A stretch of 63,965 nt of DNA, filler included, from Pelomyxa schiedti (GCA_020536535.1; 11 parts of 11 records of this genome joined end to end with filler, not necessarily neighbours in it), one strand, 5' to 3'; positions 39,587 through 54,821 are shown, counted from the whole stretch's first letter. A program made the numbers and translations. The notes: generated by a model not told the origin, from the sequence alone.

Positions 39587-42090
39587 TTAAAAAGGCATGC
39601 CAAGCCACAACTTGACAGAAGCTCCCAAGGTGTGTCTGGACTGTGCAGCCACATACTCACGGAATTCGTCAATTGTGAGGCCAAACGAGCTGATGATGTG
39701 GGTTGCAACGTGTGGTGAACGTGACACCATGGGCATCAAGTGCTTGCGAATCAGTGCACCGTCAATTGCAGTACCATAGCGATCAAGAATCATGTGCCAA
39801 CCTGTGAGGTCCATGCTGTCACCACCACACTTGCTGCCCAGTTGTGCCATGTCCACAATCTGGATGGAATGTGTTGAGTCTTTCTTTATTTTGGTGGTGT
39901 TGGTGGATGTGTGCATGTGTTGCAATGCATTTTAATGGTGGGAGACGGGAGACACACATCAGACAAAGGGACGTCGAAACGATTGAGAAGCCACAGTGCA
40001 CAACGGTTCTTCCGACCTGAAAAGAGTTTGAACAAGAGCCAGTTGTTGTTTCGCTTGATTTGAGAGTATTGAAGGTTGAACTTCTGAATCACCCACTTGA
40101 CAACCTTGCTGGAGTATGGATGGAATGACTCTGATGTCAGGCACTGCCCAATGAACTCTGGTGTCACCACTGAGGAGCGAGACCCAGAACACAGGCACTG
40201 GAAACCATTCAGGTGATACTTCATGAATTGATACACAATCTTCTCAAACTCTGCTTGGCCAATGAGCGGTTCAACTGCAGGGAATGTCTCCAGCAACAGG
40301 GCAATTGCATTCGTGCGATAAGGGAGGGCTTGTGAAATGGCCTCGTGAATGCAACTCATGCTTATCCCTGAATGATGTGGTGGTGAGAGATGCTGAAGGA
40401 ACCACTCAAATCCAACCACCTTGTCTTTGAAATTGCCGAGCTCTGTGCAAAACTCAACCAAACAGTTTTCAGCAACCTCTGTGTTTGAGTTGACAGAATC
40501 CATCACGTGGAAGGTCTCATTCAACCACTCTGCAACTTCAATGTTGCTGTAGCTGAGTGCAGACACAAGTGATTTGATGATGTCGGTTTCAGAGAGTGAC
40601 ACCCTCGGAGACAGCCACCTGGCAAGTGTGGATCCTTTTTTCCTTGATGTTGAACATGCTGATGCAAAGGTTGCTGCTGTTGGTGTGAAATTGTGCTCTG
40701 TGACAAGCCACTGAGTGAGTTCCATGTCTCCAGTTTTTTTGCAGATACGGTTGAGATAATCCTCACTTGGCTGAGATGAAAGAGTGGTTACCAACCACTT
40801 GACAACTTCTGGGTTGTGCACATCTTTCGGGAGATCAGTGTAACCACCTCCACGAATGTAACGTTCCACCCACGGCTGCCATTTGCAATCTTCAACCGTG
40901 CTGTGCTTGTTTGACACCAGGCACCTCGTCACGTATTCTTCACTTGGGCAGACTTGTAAGGTGCCAGTGAACCACTTCAAATTGCCAGGGCAGGGTCCCC
41001 ACGAACACCAAGAGCAAAGCTCGGACAGTGTTGTTTGGTGCAAATTACTCCCAAACCCAAACCTCTCAAACAGCCACTTCACCACTTCCATTTTCCCATC
41101 ATGGACACAGCTCCGCATTGGTTCATACATCACCAACGGCGCTTCTTTCATCCCGATACCAAGCACATCCACGAGCCACCTGGCACCATCAACACCCCCA
41201 GAGCTACACGCACCATACAGGAAGTGCAACTGCCCGCAGCCCCCTCTCATGTATTCAATCACCTTTTCCCTCAGCCCAGCAACCCCCCCACTCCTCAAAT
41301 GATCACTCCCATAAACATCGGGCCCACTCCCACCAACTCGGCAGGCTGTTTCCCAGCTGACAACACGGCGCCCATCCCACAATCGCGGCAACGTGCAACT
41401 GGTGTTGCTTGTGGTGGCGACTACGCGATACTCTTCGGAATGGTCGCCACCACCACCACACAGGGTGGTGGCGAGGCCCACGTGGCCACCCATCAACAGC
41501 CCAGCCACAGTCGCGCTCACTTCCTTCACAACGACATCAACACCAACATGATCATGTTGGCGCCTCCTCCCCCCCTCCCCTATAGCATCCTGAGAATCTA
41601 TTCCTCCTACACTACTACTGGTAACAGTACTTGTCGCTACTACATCTACTTCGCGACTGGCAGAAGACCGCATCACCATCTCTGGCAGGAGAGCAACACG
41701 GTCACAACAGGCAGTCGGAAACAGATCCCCGATGTCGTTGTTGATCTTCCCGCGGACGTGCCTGTTGTTGAGGATCCACGCCACGCACGACGGAGCCGGC
41801 ACAGACGCAGCGGTGACGATGGCGGAGTAGCTCCCGATGTACTCGCCCGGGCGGGGCGCGAACGCGAGGGCCCTGCGGCACACGAGCCCCACGATGGGGA
41901 ACATCGCCTCGGCTGCCCGGAACAGGTCCCACTGCCGGCACCCGTCGGGCCCGCACTTGATGTTCCCTCGCGAGTCCCTGGGCCCGTCGAGCCACCCTGG
42001 CGATACGACGTGTTCCCAAACGAGTCGCGATACCACGAGAACCCTGCCGATGTTGGTGTTGTTGGCATCATCGTTGCTTCGTTGCGACAT
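39587..42090 (-). CDS. Full-length member of the expanded VSRLVWEHVV family with degenerate ankyrin-like repeats; one intron near the 3' end
   Basis: 734-codon first exon with GKMEVVKWLF, GDMELTQWLV, NIEVAEWL. Last exon IVDMAQ...KLWLGMPF*. Confidence 0.8.
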
Positions 42091-42102
42091 GCTTCAATAT
42101 TT

Positions 42103-42145
42103 GGCTGATTAAAATAATCAACGTCTGGTGTTTTTTTATTCAGCC
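42103..42145. mobile_element. 43-bp internally deleted copy of the GGCTG...CAGCC MITE, ATTT TSD
   Basis: GGCTGATTAAAATAATCAAC+GTCTGGTGTTTTTTTATTCAGCC matches both ends of 24790-24878. ATTT at 42099-102 and 42146-149. Confidence 0.68.
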
Positions 42146-42527
42146 ATTTGATTTTGTGGAAGTTGTTGATGTTTTGTGCCGCGGGGCGGTTGCAGCAAGG
42201 CCGCGCGGCGTAAGAGTGCCTGGGTGAGAGGTGATGACAAAAGATGGGGAAGGGATGCACATTGGTGTTGGCCGTAATCTTAGCAGCCGAGCATTCTTCC
42301 GAAGTGTAAAAAAGAAGCTACATACCACCGTGACGGTGCTGAAAATACAGACAGAAGGAAGTTACCTTGCCGGCTGGGATGACAGCCACGTCTGGCACCT
42401 AAATTATGTTATGTCGGAAAAAAGAGTAAACGAAGAAAGAAGAAGCCACATACCAGTGTGAAGCTGTAATACAAAAAAAGGGATGTGGTAATGGCTGGAG
42501 ACTTTTCATACAGGTTGAATGGGGAAA

Positions 42528-42752
42528 AAAAAGACCTGGATGCGTAATTACTTGCTTTAATATAGACTTATTTAAAAACAATAAATTGACCAAATAATTT
42601 CATTATTTTACGAAATTAAATAAAATACTTTTAAATAATTTTATAAATTTGATAAATAATAACAAACACAAAATAAACACAAGCAAATGGAACGGGAAAG
42701 ACAGCAAAAAGCAAATGGAAAAAGACCTGGATGCGTAATTACTTGCTTTAAT
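42528..42752. repeat. Perfect 34-bp direct repeat flanking a very AT-rich spacer
   Basis: AAAAAGACCTGGATGCGTAATTACTTGCTTTAAT at 42528-42561 and 42719-42752. Confidence 0.85.
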
Positions 42753-43009
42753 TAAGAAAAGAATTAGAAAAGTCACGAAATAGCGAATAAATGAAATTAA
42801 TTTTCCAAACAAACGCAAAAGCGAACTGTGTGTGTTCAGAGATAAAACAATTAAACAGGAGCAGATGTAGATGGCACGAGGAGTGATGGAAAAGGGAACA
42901 CAAAACAAATGGGAGGGAAAGCAAAGGGTACCGTTGTGCAGGTGTGTTTGAACGCCGCTGCAGTTGTTCCTCTTCACCACTCGTTGAGTGGCATGGTCTC
43001 CCCTCGTAG

Positions 43010-43236
43010 GAATCATGATTCTTGATCGCTATGGTCCCACAATTGACGGTGCACTGATACGCAAGCACTTGATGCCACTCGTGTCGCGTTCACCACACGT
43101 TGCAATCCACACCATCAACTCGTTTGGCCTCACAATTGAGGAATTCCGTGATTATGTGGCTGCAGAGTTCAACAACCCTTTTGGAGGTGCGTTTTCAGGA
43201 GTTGTCAGGTTGTGGCTTGGTATGCCATTACACTGA
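43010..43236 (+). pseudogene. Orphaned last-exon remnant of the VSRLVWEHVV family
   Basis: MILDRYGPTIDGALIRKHLMPLVSRSPHVA...RLWLGMPLH* is nearly identical to the last exon at 39587-39800. No 5' part is present. Confidence 0.75.
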
Positions 43237-43305
43237 AGATGCTTTTTGATGGCCGTGGTTACTCTTTTTGATCCCCCTTCGCATCCCATTCGAAGAAAAA
43301 CCGCA

Positions 43306-44814
43306 ATGTCATCAACACAGCAACAAGCAACACCAGCCTCACCAGCACAACCGCAGGATGTAACCACAACGATTATGGTCGTGTCGCGGCTCGTTTGGGA
43401 CCACGTTGTGTCGCCAGGGTGGCTCGACGGGCCCAGGGACTCGCGGGGGAACATCAAGAGCGGGCCCGACGGGTGCCGGCAGTGGGACCTGTTCCGGGCA
43501 GCCGAGGCGATGTTCCCCATCGTGGGGCTCGTGTGCCGCAGGGTCCTCGCGTTCGACCCACGAAGGGGCGCCTGCATCGGGAGCTACAACGCCATCCAGA
43601 CCGCTGCGTCTGTGCCGGCTCCGTCGTGCGTGGCGTGGATCATCAACAACAGGCACGGGGTGGGGCTCAGCAAGGACCCAGTGGGCGAGTGGTTCTCTTC
43701 GCGTGGATGTGGGCGTAGCAGCGGCGACGACACCAGGGGTGTTGGTGCTGTGGGTTGTCGACCAGTGGGCTGTGGAGAACAGGCTGCAACGGGACGAGGA
43801 CGTGCATCTGATTATGATGTTGGTGTTGTTGTTGTTGTGAAGGAAGTGAGTGCGACTGTGGTTGGGCTGTTGGTTGGCGGACACGTGGGTCTGGCCACTT
43901 CCTTGTTTGGTGCAGGCGCTGGTGAGGATGAGAAGGGATTCCAAAACACCGGCAGCAGTTTCAGTGGCACCCTGCCACGATTATGGGATGCCCTGTTTGG
44001 TGGCAGTGGTGCCAAGGGTGGAAAGGTGCCCCCCAACACCAGCAGCAGGGGCACGCTTCCGCGATTGTGGGATGGCAGACGTGTTGTTGGGTGGGAGGCT
44101 GCTTGCCGGACTGAGGGCAGGGGGGCTGCCGTTGAATGCACAACAGCAGAGCATCTGACAACGGGGGTGTTGGAACTGAGGAAAAAGGTGATTGAGCATG
44201 TGAAGGCGTCGTGTGGGTCAAAATTTGTGCACAGTGTGTGCATTGCTGGGGGTGTTGATGCGGTGAAATGGCTTGTGGATACATGTGGGATTGAGATGAG
44301 AGAAGCGCCCTGGGTGCTGTATGGGGCAATTCGCCACTGCCTCTATGTTGGGAAGATCGAAGTTGTGAAGTGGCTGTTCAAGAGGTTCAGGTTTGGGAGG
44401 AATTTGCACAAAACGGTGTTTTGTGAGCTTTACAAATGGTGTGCCTGTGGAAACTCCCCTTCCAATTTGAAGTGGTGCCTGGACAACTTCCCAGTGAGCC
44501 CAAATGAGAGGGGAATGACACTGTACCTTCTGTCAAACAAGAACAGCACTCTGGAAGATTGCCAATGGCCGTGGGTGCAAGATTTCCTTCGTGTCAATGA
44601 TTGTCCTTTCATTCTGCATCTTCACAATCCAGACGTCATCAAGTGGTTGCTCACAACTGTACCATCTCAGCCAGGTGAGGATGACCTCAACCATATCTGT
44701 AAAAATACTGGAAACGTGGAACTCACTCAGTGGCTTGTCACAGAGCACAATTTCACACCAACAGCAGCAACCTTTGAATCAGCATGTTCAACATCAACAG
44801 AAAAGGGATCCACA
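43306..44814 (+). CDS. VSRLVWEHVV family member, truncated by the contig end
   Basis: About 500-codon ORF paralogous to 39587-42090, with an internal duplication of GTLPRLWD. Confidence 0.8.
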
Positions 44815-45631
44815 NNNNNNNNNNNNNNNNNNNNNNNNNNNNNNNNNNNNNNNNNNNNTTAATTAATTAANNNNNNNNNNNNNNNNNNNNNNNNNNNNNN
44901 NNNNNNNNNNNNNNGTTCATGTGTACGTTCGCCAGGTTCTCGGGGCTGCAATTTCAATTAAAAAACGGAATAGGAAATTTCGACATTACACCCACCGGCA
45001 AATCATAGGCTAATGCCGTAGTTGTAGTTGCTCCATTTTCCATGGTGGAACTGCGGTCACCAAAGCTGGCACTGGGTTCTTTCATCCTTTTGGATTGTAC
45101 CCATGGCTTGATTATAGCAATCCACTCGTCCCAGTTGCTCATACATGTGTGGCACAAAAAATGTTCCCCATCGTCTGAGCAGGGGAACCACGTTGTATCG
45201 TAATGCCTCTTGCATTCACTTTCTCCAGGAAACTGTTTCCCGAGATAAAAAAGTTACACAGTCGACTGCAAGCATAAACACAAGGCACACGTGGAGTGCA
45301 TCAGCGCCCGGGAAACCTCTGAGCTCCTCGGCCATAGTCGAGACTCCGACCCATCGAGTGCACGGGTCTTTAGGTGGCTCATCAACACCGACCCACATCA
45401 TAAAGTACGTGACTGACGACGAGTTGGACACGAACCCACAACTCACTTTCACCATTCTCCACTTTGTATTTTCCGTGCATCATCAAAAATGCTTGCCGCA
45501 CAGTGGTGGGGCGACGGCGCGGTACACGTACGAGCTGCCGGCGACAGTAGGCGAGGGGCGCGGCGGCGGACGACGTGGTGGAGATCCCGCTGGCCACAAC
45601 CACTCTAGGTGGCGTCTGTGCGCGGTTCTGA

Positions 45632-46275
45632 CATGTCGCGACGGGGAAGCCGGGGGGTCAGTCCTCTGACTGGGGTACTATCTGTAGTTTCTCTTGTACT
45701 TTCCCTAGTATTGCCTGAGGAGGCTGGAGAGTTTACTTCCCCTTCCCTGGTGCCAGACTATGGGATTTTTGCCGTGGTGGCTATTTACAAGCAACCAAAA
45801 GCAGAATCTACAACTGGGAGAAATACAATACTCCAGCGGGTTTTTGTCGTGGGATTGCTTGGCAATGCTACTTATGGTAGCCATTCTTGCAACCCTCAAC
45901 ATATCCCAACTTCATTTCTTTCAACAGGGAAATTTACTCTCTTTTCCAGTGTGACCACACTTCTTGGTGGCCTTCATACCCGGCATACTTATACCATGAT
46001 TCAGTTCACAGGAACATTCATACGGCTGCACCCTTCTACCTGGTTTGTTGGTGCCCACAACTAGGCTCCTGGCTGTTATCTGGCGCAATAGCTTTCAGTT
46101 GTGTAGGGTATTATGCCTTCCCTGTTGGGGTTGCTTTTTTTTGTCGTTTGTGATATTTCACAAACCTTGATGTACAATGGGACTTACTCCTGCTTGGGAA
46201 GTGACACCAATCTCTACTGAGCATAACGCTGTCATTTTCCTAGTCATCGTCTGGTTATTCAGCCAACTGCGGTAA
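45632..46275 (+). CDS. Possible small multi-exon membrane protein
   Basis: Short hydrophobic exons separated by intron-like segments. The model was not fully resolved. Confidence 0.3.
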
Positions 46276-46604
46276 CTGAAAGGTGCACAAGATGTGATCG
46301 TCAAAAGCCTTTGATTCTTTCAAAGTAGAACACTTGTAGATAAACGGCGGCAGTTTGGACTCCAAAAGGAAACTCCTTGAAGTTTCCTCTTGAAGAGCGA
46401 AAAAAAATAAAAATTAACGATTCGCGGGACGAAAAACGAGCGAAAGACGATGGCACTACCATTGCTTGTTAACGTTATCGCGTGCACGGGTGCATGGGTG
46501 CGCTNNNNNNNNNNNNNNNNNNNNNNNNNNNNNNNNNNNNNNNNNNNNTTAATTAATTAANNNNNNNNNNNNNNNNNNNNNNNNNNNNNNNNNNNNNNNN
46601 NNNN

Positions 46605-46758
46605 CGCCGCCGATGAAGATGGAGCCAATCAGGAGGGCCCCGAAGGCCACGAAGAGTGCCACGAATGCCTTGATCGGCATGCTCAGCAGCCACATGCTCG
46701 TCCCTCGCATCTCCACCTCCATCCTTGCGCGTTGAAAATCAGCTTTCTTTGAATCCAC
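46605..46758 (-). CDS. 5' fragment of a membrane protein (possibly TMEM181/Wntless-like)
   Basis: MWLLSMPIKAFVALFVAFGALLIGSIFIGG, cut by the spacer. The family call is by recalled resemblance only. Confidence 0.35.
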
Positions 46759-46850
46759 CTCCTGAGGAACTGCACGTTCACATTCTTAGCGGGGGTGCAG
46801 CCACTCTGAAATCCCTCGAACCACCACAGTTGATACCCAACTGAAGTGAC

Positions 46851-48365
46851 TCAGAGTTTGTTTCTGAAAGCCTGTTTTGCGGCTATGGACAATAGTGAGG
46901 AGTCCTTGCCGTACTTAATTACGAAGCGGATAGTTTGGTAAGGGTTGGTACCCTTCTTGAAACCCTCTAAAACATGAAGTTCAAGCAAGTATTCAAGGTT
47001 CGTTAGAGAGTTTGTGGGCAGTGCCAGAAAATGGTGTAAAAGGTTTGTATTCTTCCGGTTCTTGTTCGTTGGTTTCTGGGGATTGACCATTTCTGGGATC
47101 GGGTATTGGGGCTATGTAAGAGTCTCCTGTAAGTTTTCTTGCAGTTCTGGTGCACATTAGCTATTAATCGTGCTGGAATGTCACCTACCCTGTGAATGGC
47201 ACCAGAGGCTTGCGTGTTTCGGTAGAATCTCTCAACAGAGCATTTCTCGCAGACTGCTGTGAGCCGGTCACCGGAGCGGGAGAACTAAGAATTTCGGTCG
47301 GACTCACTGCCTTTCCATCGAGGCGTTCTGCACTTCCAGAGAAAGGAACGAACTTTGCAGCTGTTGTGGTATTAGTTGTTACTGTAGTGTCTTCATTCTG
47401 GGGAGATGAAAGTGCATTTGTGGGGACTTTTGTCGGGGGTGAGTTGGGTTGTGCAGCAGAAGAGACTGTAGTTGTATTGGACATTGTACTACGACTCTGA
47501 ATAAGTTGAGAAAAGGATCTGAAAGGAGAATAATACAAGTGGGGGATCAAATTCAATGGAAACATCTGTCTCCACCACAGAAACTGCTGAAGAAGGTTTC
47601 AATTCACGTACACATAGTAAATACGTCTTGTTGTTAAACTTGATGGGAATTTGGTCACCAATAGTGAGTGTAGAAAAATTTCGGAGAGCTTTCTCTAAGC
47701 TGTATGTGGTTGAAAATGAAGGAGAAATGAAGGTGTCCATACATTACTCTGGGGTCGGGGACTTGCAAAAAATCGTCGGAAAAAGGTTGGAATTTGCAGA
47801 AAGTGGCGTTATGAAGGAATGCTGAGGTGACGTTCACGACATCCGTTTTATCTACAAGTCCCAGCTGCAGTCTCATCTAGAGGATTCGTACATAAGAATC
47901 AAAGAAAACAAAAAACGTAGAGAAATTTGATAAAGTAACACACCCACTCAGGAAGATAGCACCTTCGAGCGAGTGAGTTCACACTACTAGAAGTGTATCA
48001 AACTAACCTCCCTTCCTCAGCCGTGAATTCAAGAACCCCGGCGTGAGTTACCATGTCCGGGTATCTCCTATTTGCCAACTTGAAAAGCATTGGGTATTGA
48101 ATCCGTAAATGAACTGTCAACAATGAGTATCAGGGAATGATGGCCCAGGAACAAACCAAGAGTTTCGAGTGCACTACGTGGCAAAATGACTTGTGTGGAG
48201 GTAAGACAGCAGATTTTGGGGGAAAAAAGGCATTGTGCAGTACTACGATTACGGCTCACTTTTTCCACCAAAGTCATGTGTTTCGTTTGCACTCAACAGC
48301 GTAAATACTCGCAGTGTCCTGTTAAAACCCGGTTGCACCTCTCTTTGTTGCAAAAGCCGTGACAT
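46851..48365 (-). CDS. UFD1: Ubiquitin fusion degradation protein 1 (UFD1)-like
   Basis: GGK|VILPRSALETL, YPMLF, THAGVLEFTAEEG, FCKFQP, LEKALRNFSTLTIGD, VSVVETDVSIEFDPP and SHP-like PFSGSAERLDG. Confidence 0.9.
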
Positions 48366-48468
48366 CCTCAAGATCCCTCTTTATTTCTTTTTGTGTTGTT
48401 TCGAAAGGCAAGATGTCAGTTTATTTTCACTTTTTATTTTTGCATCCTTTATCTGCCAGTTTCTGTTA

Positions 48469-50923
<2,455 letters not shown>

Positions 50924-51134
50924 CGCTTTTTTCTTTTTTTGATGGTTTGACTTGAATGCGAGCTTAGCAAAGAACTTCCGACGAAAACAAACGCTGGGCA
51001 AGTTCTATCTCGTATCTGTTAATCATTTCTGAGTTTCGGTTCCCGGCAAGTTGCGTTACGTTTGGCACTGGTTGCCTGCGTCTTTTTATCCGTTGGCAGG
51101 GCCGAACAAAAATCTCAGAAAAGAAAAAAAACCG

Positions 51135-52599
51135 ATGAGTGGAGAGGATCCGTGGTACGCGGGGCAAAAGGTGGTGCTTTATTACGATTGCGTTCACAAG
51201 AGTGGGTTTAGACCTGCATTTCCATCTTCGCAGGCCTGGTTTGGACTGCATCCTGTTTGTCGTGTACCAAAGTATGCACTTACTGCTTTTCCATTTACAT
51301 TCCATAATGGTTCTCTCTTTATTGCCACCAGATTCGCGCATCCTGCTTTGCAGTATGTGTTATCACTTGTCAATGAGCGTGAATGGTTCTCTTATGTGAA
51401 TAAAATGACCTCATTTTCTCGTTATGCATTTGGTGAAGTAAGTAATTTCCCTTTTGGACTTTTCCCAATTTACCCTGAGGGCATCAACGACGCCCGTTCG
51501 TGGCTTCTGTCAGAAATGAATTCTATCCCTGGTGTCAAAGTAACCACTGAGGGAGTCGCGCTTTGTCTATTTGGAAAAAGCCCTTCGAAGGGACTTAACA
51601 TTATAACCACTGTTCCTGCATTTGGAACTGATCTAGACTCTATCCATGGGCCTGATGGAATCGCTGCAACTTCTGCAGCAATACCCAAGCCCCCTCTTGC
51701 ACAAACCTCCGCAAAACGACGGAAGATTGTGATAGGAGGTCATTATGACTCGACCTCGGAAAACAAGCAATGTGCACCTGGTGCTGTCGATAACGCATCA
51801 GGTGCTTCGGCTGTGATCCACTTGGCCAGGATATTTTCAAAGTAATGACAAAAACCCACAAGTTACCCATCTGACTCTTACTTCAGAACAAAACCCCTTG
51901 TGGATATGGAGTTTGTTTTATTTGACGGCGAAGAGGTAGGAACTTATGGGAGTGAAGAAAGAGCAGAAAAAACAGCAGCAGAAGATGTGATTTTCATGTT
52001 AAATATAGGTGATTCTCCCAAATCTCCATTGGAAAAGCCAATATAAATAAAAAAAAAAAAAGACATGATTGGACTGTTGGAACCGAACCCTATCCTCCAA
52101 TATGAGTCAATACCGAAATGCAGCAGACTTGTGCAGTTATTCTACGATGTAACAAAAGGTTTACGAGTACCTCTGGAACCCAGGGTGACACTCGATGCCT
52201 GGGGTTCTGGTATTATTTACCTTCTTCTATTTTTCTCCTCTAATTTTCTCCATCCACAGATCACGTTTCATGTAACCCTTCCCCTTTATCTCTAAGAACT
52301 TACACAAACAGACTTGGAACGGGATATGCCGGCACTACTAGTATCCATCAACGATTGTGTCAAATACGCAAACTACCACAGCTCAAGGGACCTTCCCCAC
52401 AACCTCTCCTTAGGTATAATACTCCCCCACATGGTTCATTTTCCGTTTCCCTAACACTACCAACAATCCAGACATTGGGTACGACACCCTGTGTGTGCTC
52501 ACACTCGCCATTGCCCTTGTTGCCCTTCTTGGTGTCGACCCACAGGTCTCTCTGGAATCTCAAGGAATTTCAACTGCTGGGTTGTTTCGGTTTTGTTGA
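51135..52599 (+). CDS. M28 family zinc aminopeptidase-like protein
   Basis: IVIGGHYDS, PGAVDNASG, FDGEEVGTYGS, LNI|DMIG, GS|DH, YHSSRD. Confidence 0.88.
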
Positions 52600-52812
52600 A
52601 GCAGTAACCCTGTGGTGTCACCTCACCTTCCACAACCTCTCGTCTATCAAATGGGGGTGCGTAAAATAACACCAGACCACGCGCTTTTCTATGCCATGCC
52701 AATTGGCCACGGAGCCACAGTGGACCTCGTTTGATTTTTGATTGATGTTTTTTTTTAAACGAAACGTACATTTCTTTATTCACTTGATTTGGCAATTTGA
52801 ATTTGGTGAAGG

Positions 52813-54821
52813 ATGGGTCTGGACGAGGTGATCCGGGAACTGCTGCCGAACTTGATTGAAACACGAAGGGCGATCCACATGCACCCTGGTTGGGCTGGAT
52901 CTCTTATTAAAAAAAACCAAACAAACAAACAAACCAATCCAAACGAGAGCATAATACAAACACAAACACAAACACAAACACAAACAAAGCCCAGTGTGGT
53001 GATGCTGGAAACAAACAACACTCACACCACACGCAGAAGTGGCGACCGAGGAATACGAGACACAGAAGAGGGTGGTTCAGTTCCTCACCGAACACATTCC
53101 CGGTGTCTCAACGAAGGTGCCCTTTTTTGCCTTTTCTTTTTTCGTCTTTTTTTCCTTTTTTCTTCTCTCTCTCTCTTTTTTTTTTTTTAACGAATTTCTT
53201 TTTTTTCCTTTTGTGTTTGTTTGTTTGTAGGTGTGTGCCACAACTGGGGTTGTAGTTGACATCAAGGGCCCAGTGGGCCCTGACAGTTATCCAAAAAGGA
53301 TGGTTGCACTTCGTGCTGACTTGGATGCTTTACCAATGACAGGTGTGCAAAGCATTGGGCTGCTTTTTTTTTTTTTTAACTCATTGATGATTATAATTAG
53401 AGGGCAACCAAGGAATGGCTTGGAGATCACAGATGTAAGCAATCCTTTCACAATAGAGGTATCTTTTAATTCCAGTAAGTCCAGGAAAGGCTCATATGTG
53501 TGGTCATGACGGGCACACCACAATGCTTTTGGGTGCTGCTGTCTGTATCTCTAAGGTAGTGCATACCAGTTTACATGCAATTCATCCTTAAATTAATTAT
53601 TATAGGTGCGCAGCAAACTGCCTCCAAATACCACTGTACGTTTACTGTTTCAACCAGCAGAAGAAGGTGTTGGTGGCGCGAAAAGGATGATTGCTGAGGG
53701 TGTCCTGGAAGGAGTTGATGAAGTATATGGTGTTCATGCCTGGGGTGACCTTGCAAATGGTTAATCTTTTACCGCTTTTGTCATGAGTTAATTAATTCTC
53801 TCTCCCAAAGGACTCCTGGCTGTAATGCCAGGCTATTTCATGTCACACGTGCAAGAATTTGATGTGACTATTACTGGCTCAGGCGGCCATGCCTCTGCAC
53901 CTCATGTTTACTTTCGTCATTTAAATCCTAAATCTCAGTGATAGCAACACAGAGGTGCGTTGATCCACTTATATGTGCCTGTCAGACTGTTACAGCATTG
54001 CAGTCCATCATATCCCGAAATGTCCCTCCCACTCATTCAGCAGTCCTTTCAGGCAATTCCCAAAAAAACCTTAGAGAAAATAGTCACGTGTCGCCCAAAG
54101 TTACAACGATCCACGGCGGGGAGGCCCACAACGTTATTCCAAATGAAGTTAAATTTACTGGCACCATTCGTACCTTCAATGCTGAAGATTGTGAGATAAT
54201 TTCCAAACGTTTTGAGGAAATAGGTAATCATCCTTCCTTTTATAAGCCACAAAAACCACTGACCCAACTCGCCAACCTTTATTCATCTCAGTTATGCACA
54301 CGAGTGAAACCTATGGTACTTCTGCAAAGGTAGAGCTCGTCGACCTTTATCCGGCCCTCTTCAACAGTGAAGGCCCTGTTAACCGCGTGAGACGAGCTGC
54401 GGCTCGGTGCAGCAATCCATTTACCCCAACCACTGAAGGACTCCCCTTCATGGGTATGTGTCAGAGTTCCTTTACCCCTATTTGTATTTTTGCTAAAAGG
54501 CATTTCAAGCATCTGAGGATTTTGCCTTCTACACGCAGGCGGGTGTTCCAGGAGCATTCTGCATGCTTGGAAACCTTCATGGAAACCATGGGTCCAATCA
54601 CACAGTCAACTTCGACTTTGACGACACTCTGTTGAGTGCAGGTATCATCGGCCAATTTCCTTCCATGGCACTAACTAACTAACTAACTCACTAACTAACT
54701 AACTCACTAACTAACTAACTAACTCACTAACTAACGAACTAACTAACAACAAATTGTCCACTCAGGGGTTGAACTCTGGGTGAAAATTGCTGAAGACTTC
54801 TTTGGGGTGGATTTGTATTGA
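52813..54821 (+). CDS. M20D amidohydrolase (IAA-amino acid hydrolase/hippuricase-like)
   Basis: RRAIHMHP|[62 protein letters not shown]. Confidence 0.92.
54670..54747 (+). repeat. (CTAA)n/CTCA microsatellite inside the last intron of the M20D gene
   Basis: CTAACTAACTAACTCA higher-order units, in intron 54642-54765. Confidence 0.9.

Noticed and set aside
41035-42108. Long antisense ORFs over the family genes (also 25084-25905, 43339-43944)
   Set aside because: Shadow ORFs of GC-rich coding sequence on the opposite strand.
46248-46266. GTCTGGTTATTCAGCCAA resembling the MITE right end
   Set aside because: No matching left end or TSD, and it lies in probable coding sequence.
46450-46504. MALPLLVNVIACTGAW as the start of DPAGT1/ALG7
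   Set aside because: Only 18 codons before the spacer; too little to support a call.
54670-54747. (TTAG)n on the minus strand as a telomeric repeat
   Set aside because: Short, internal, intronic and lacking G-runs.
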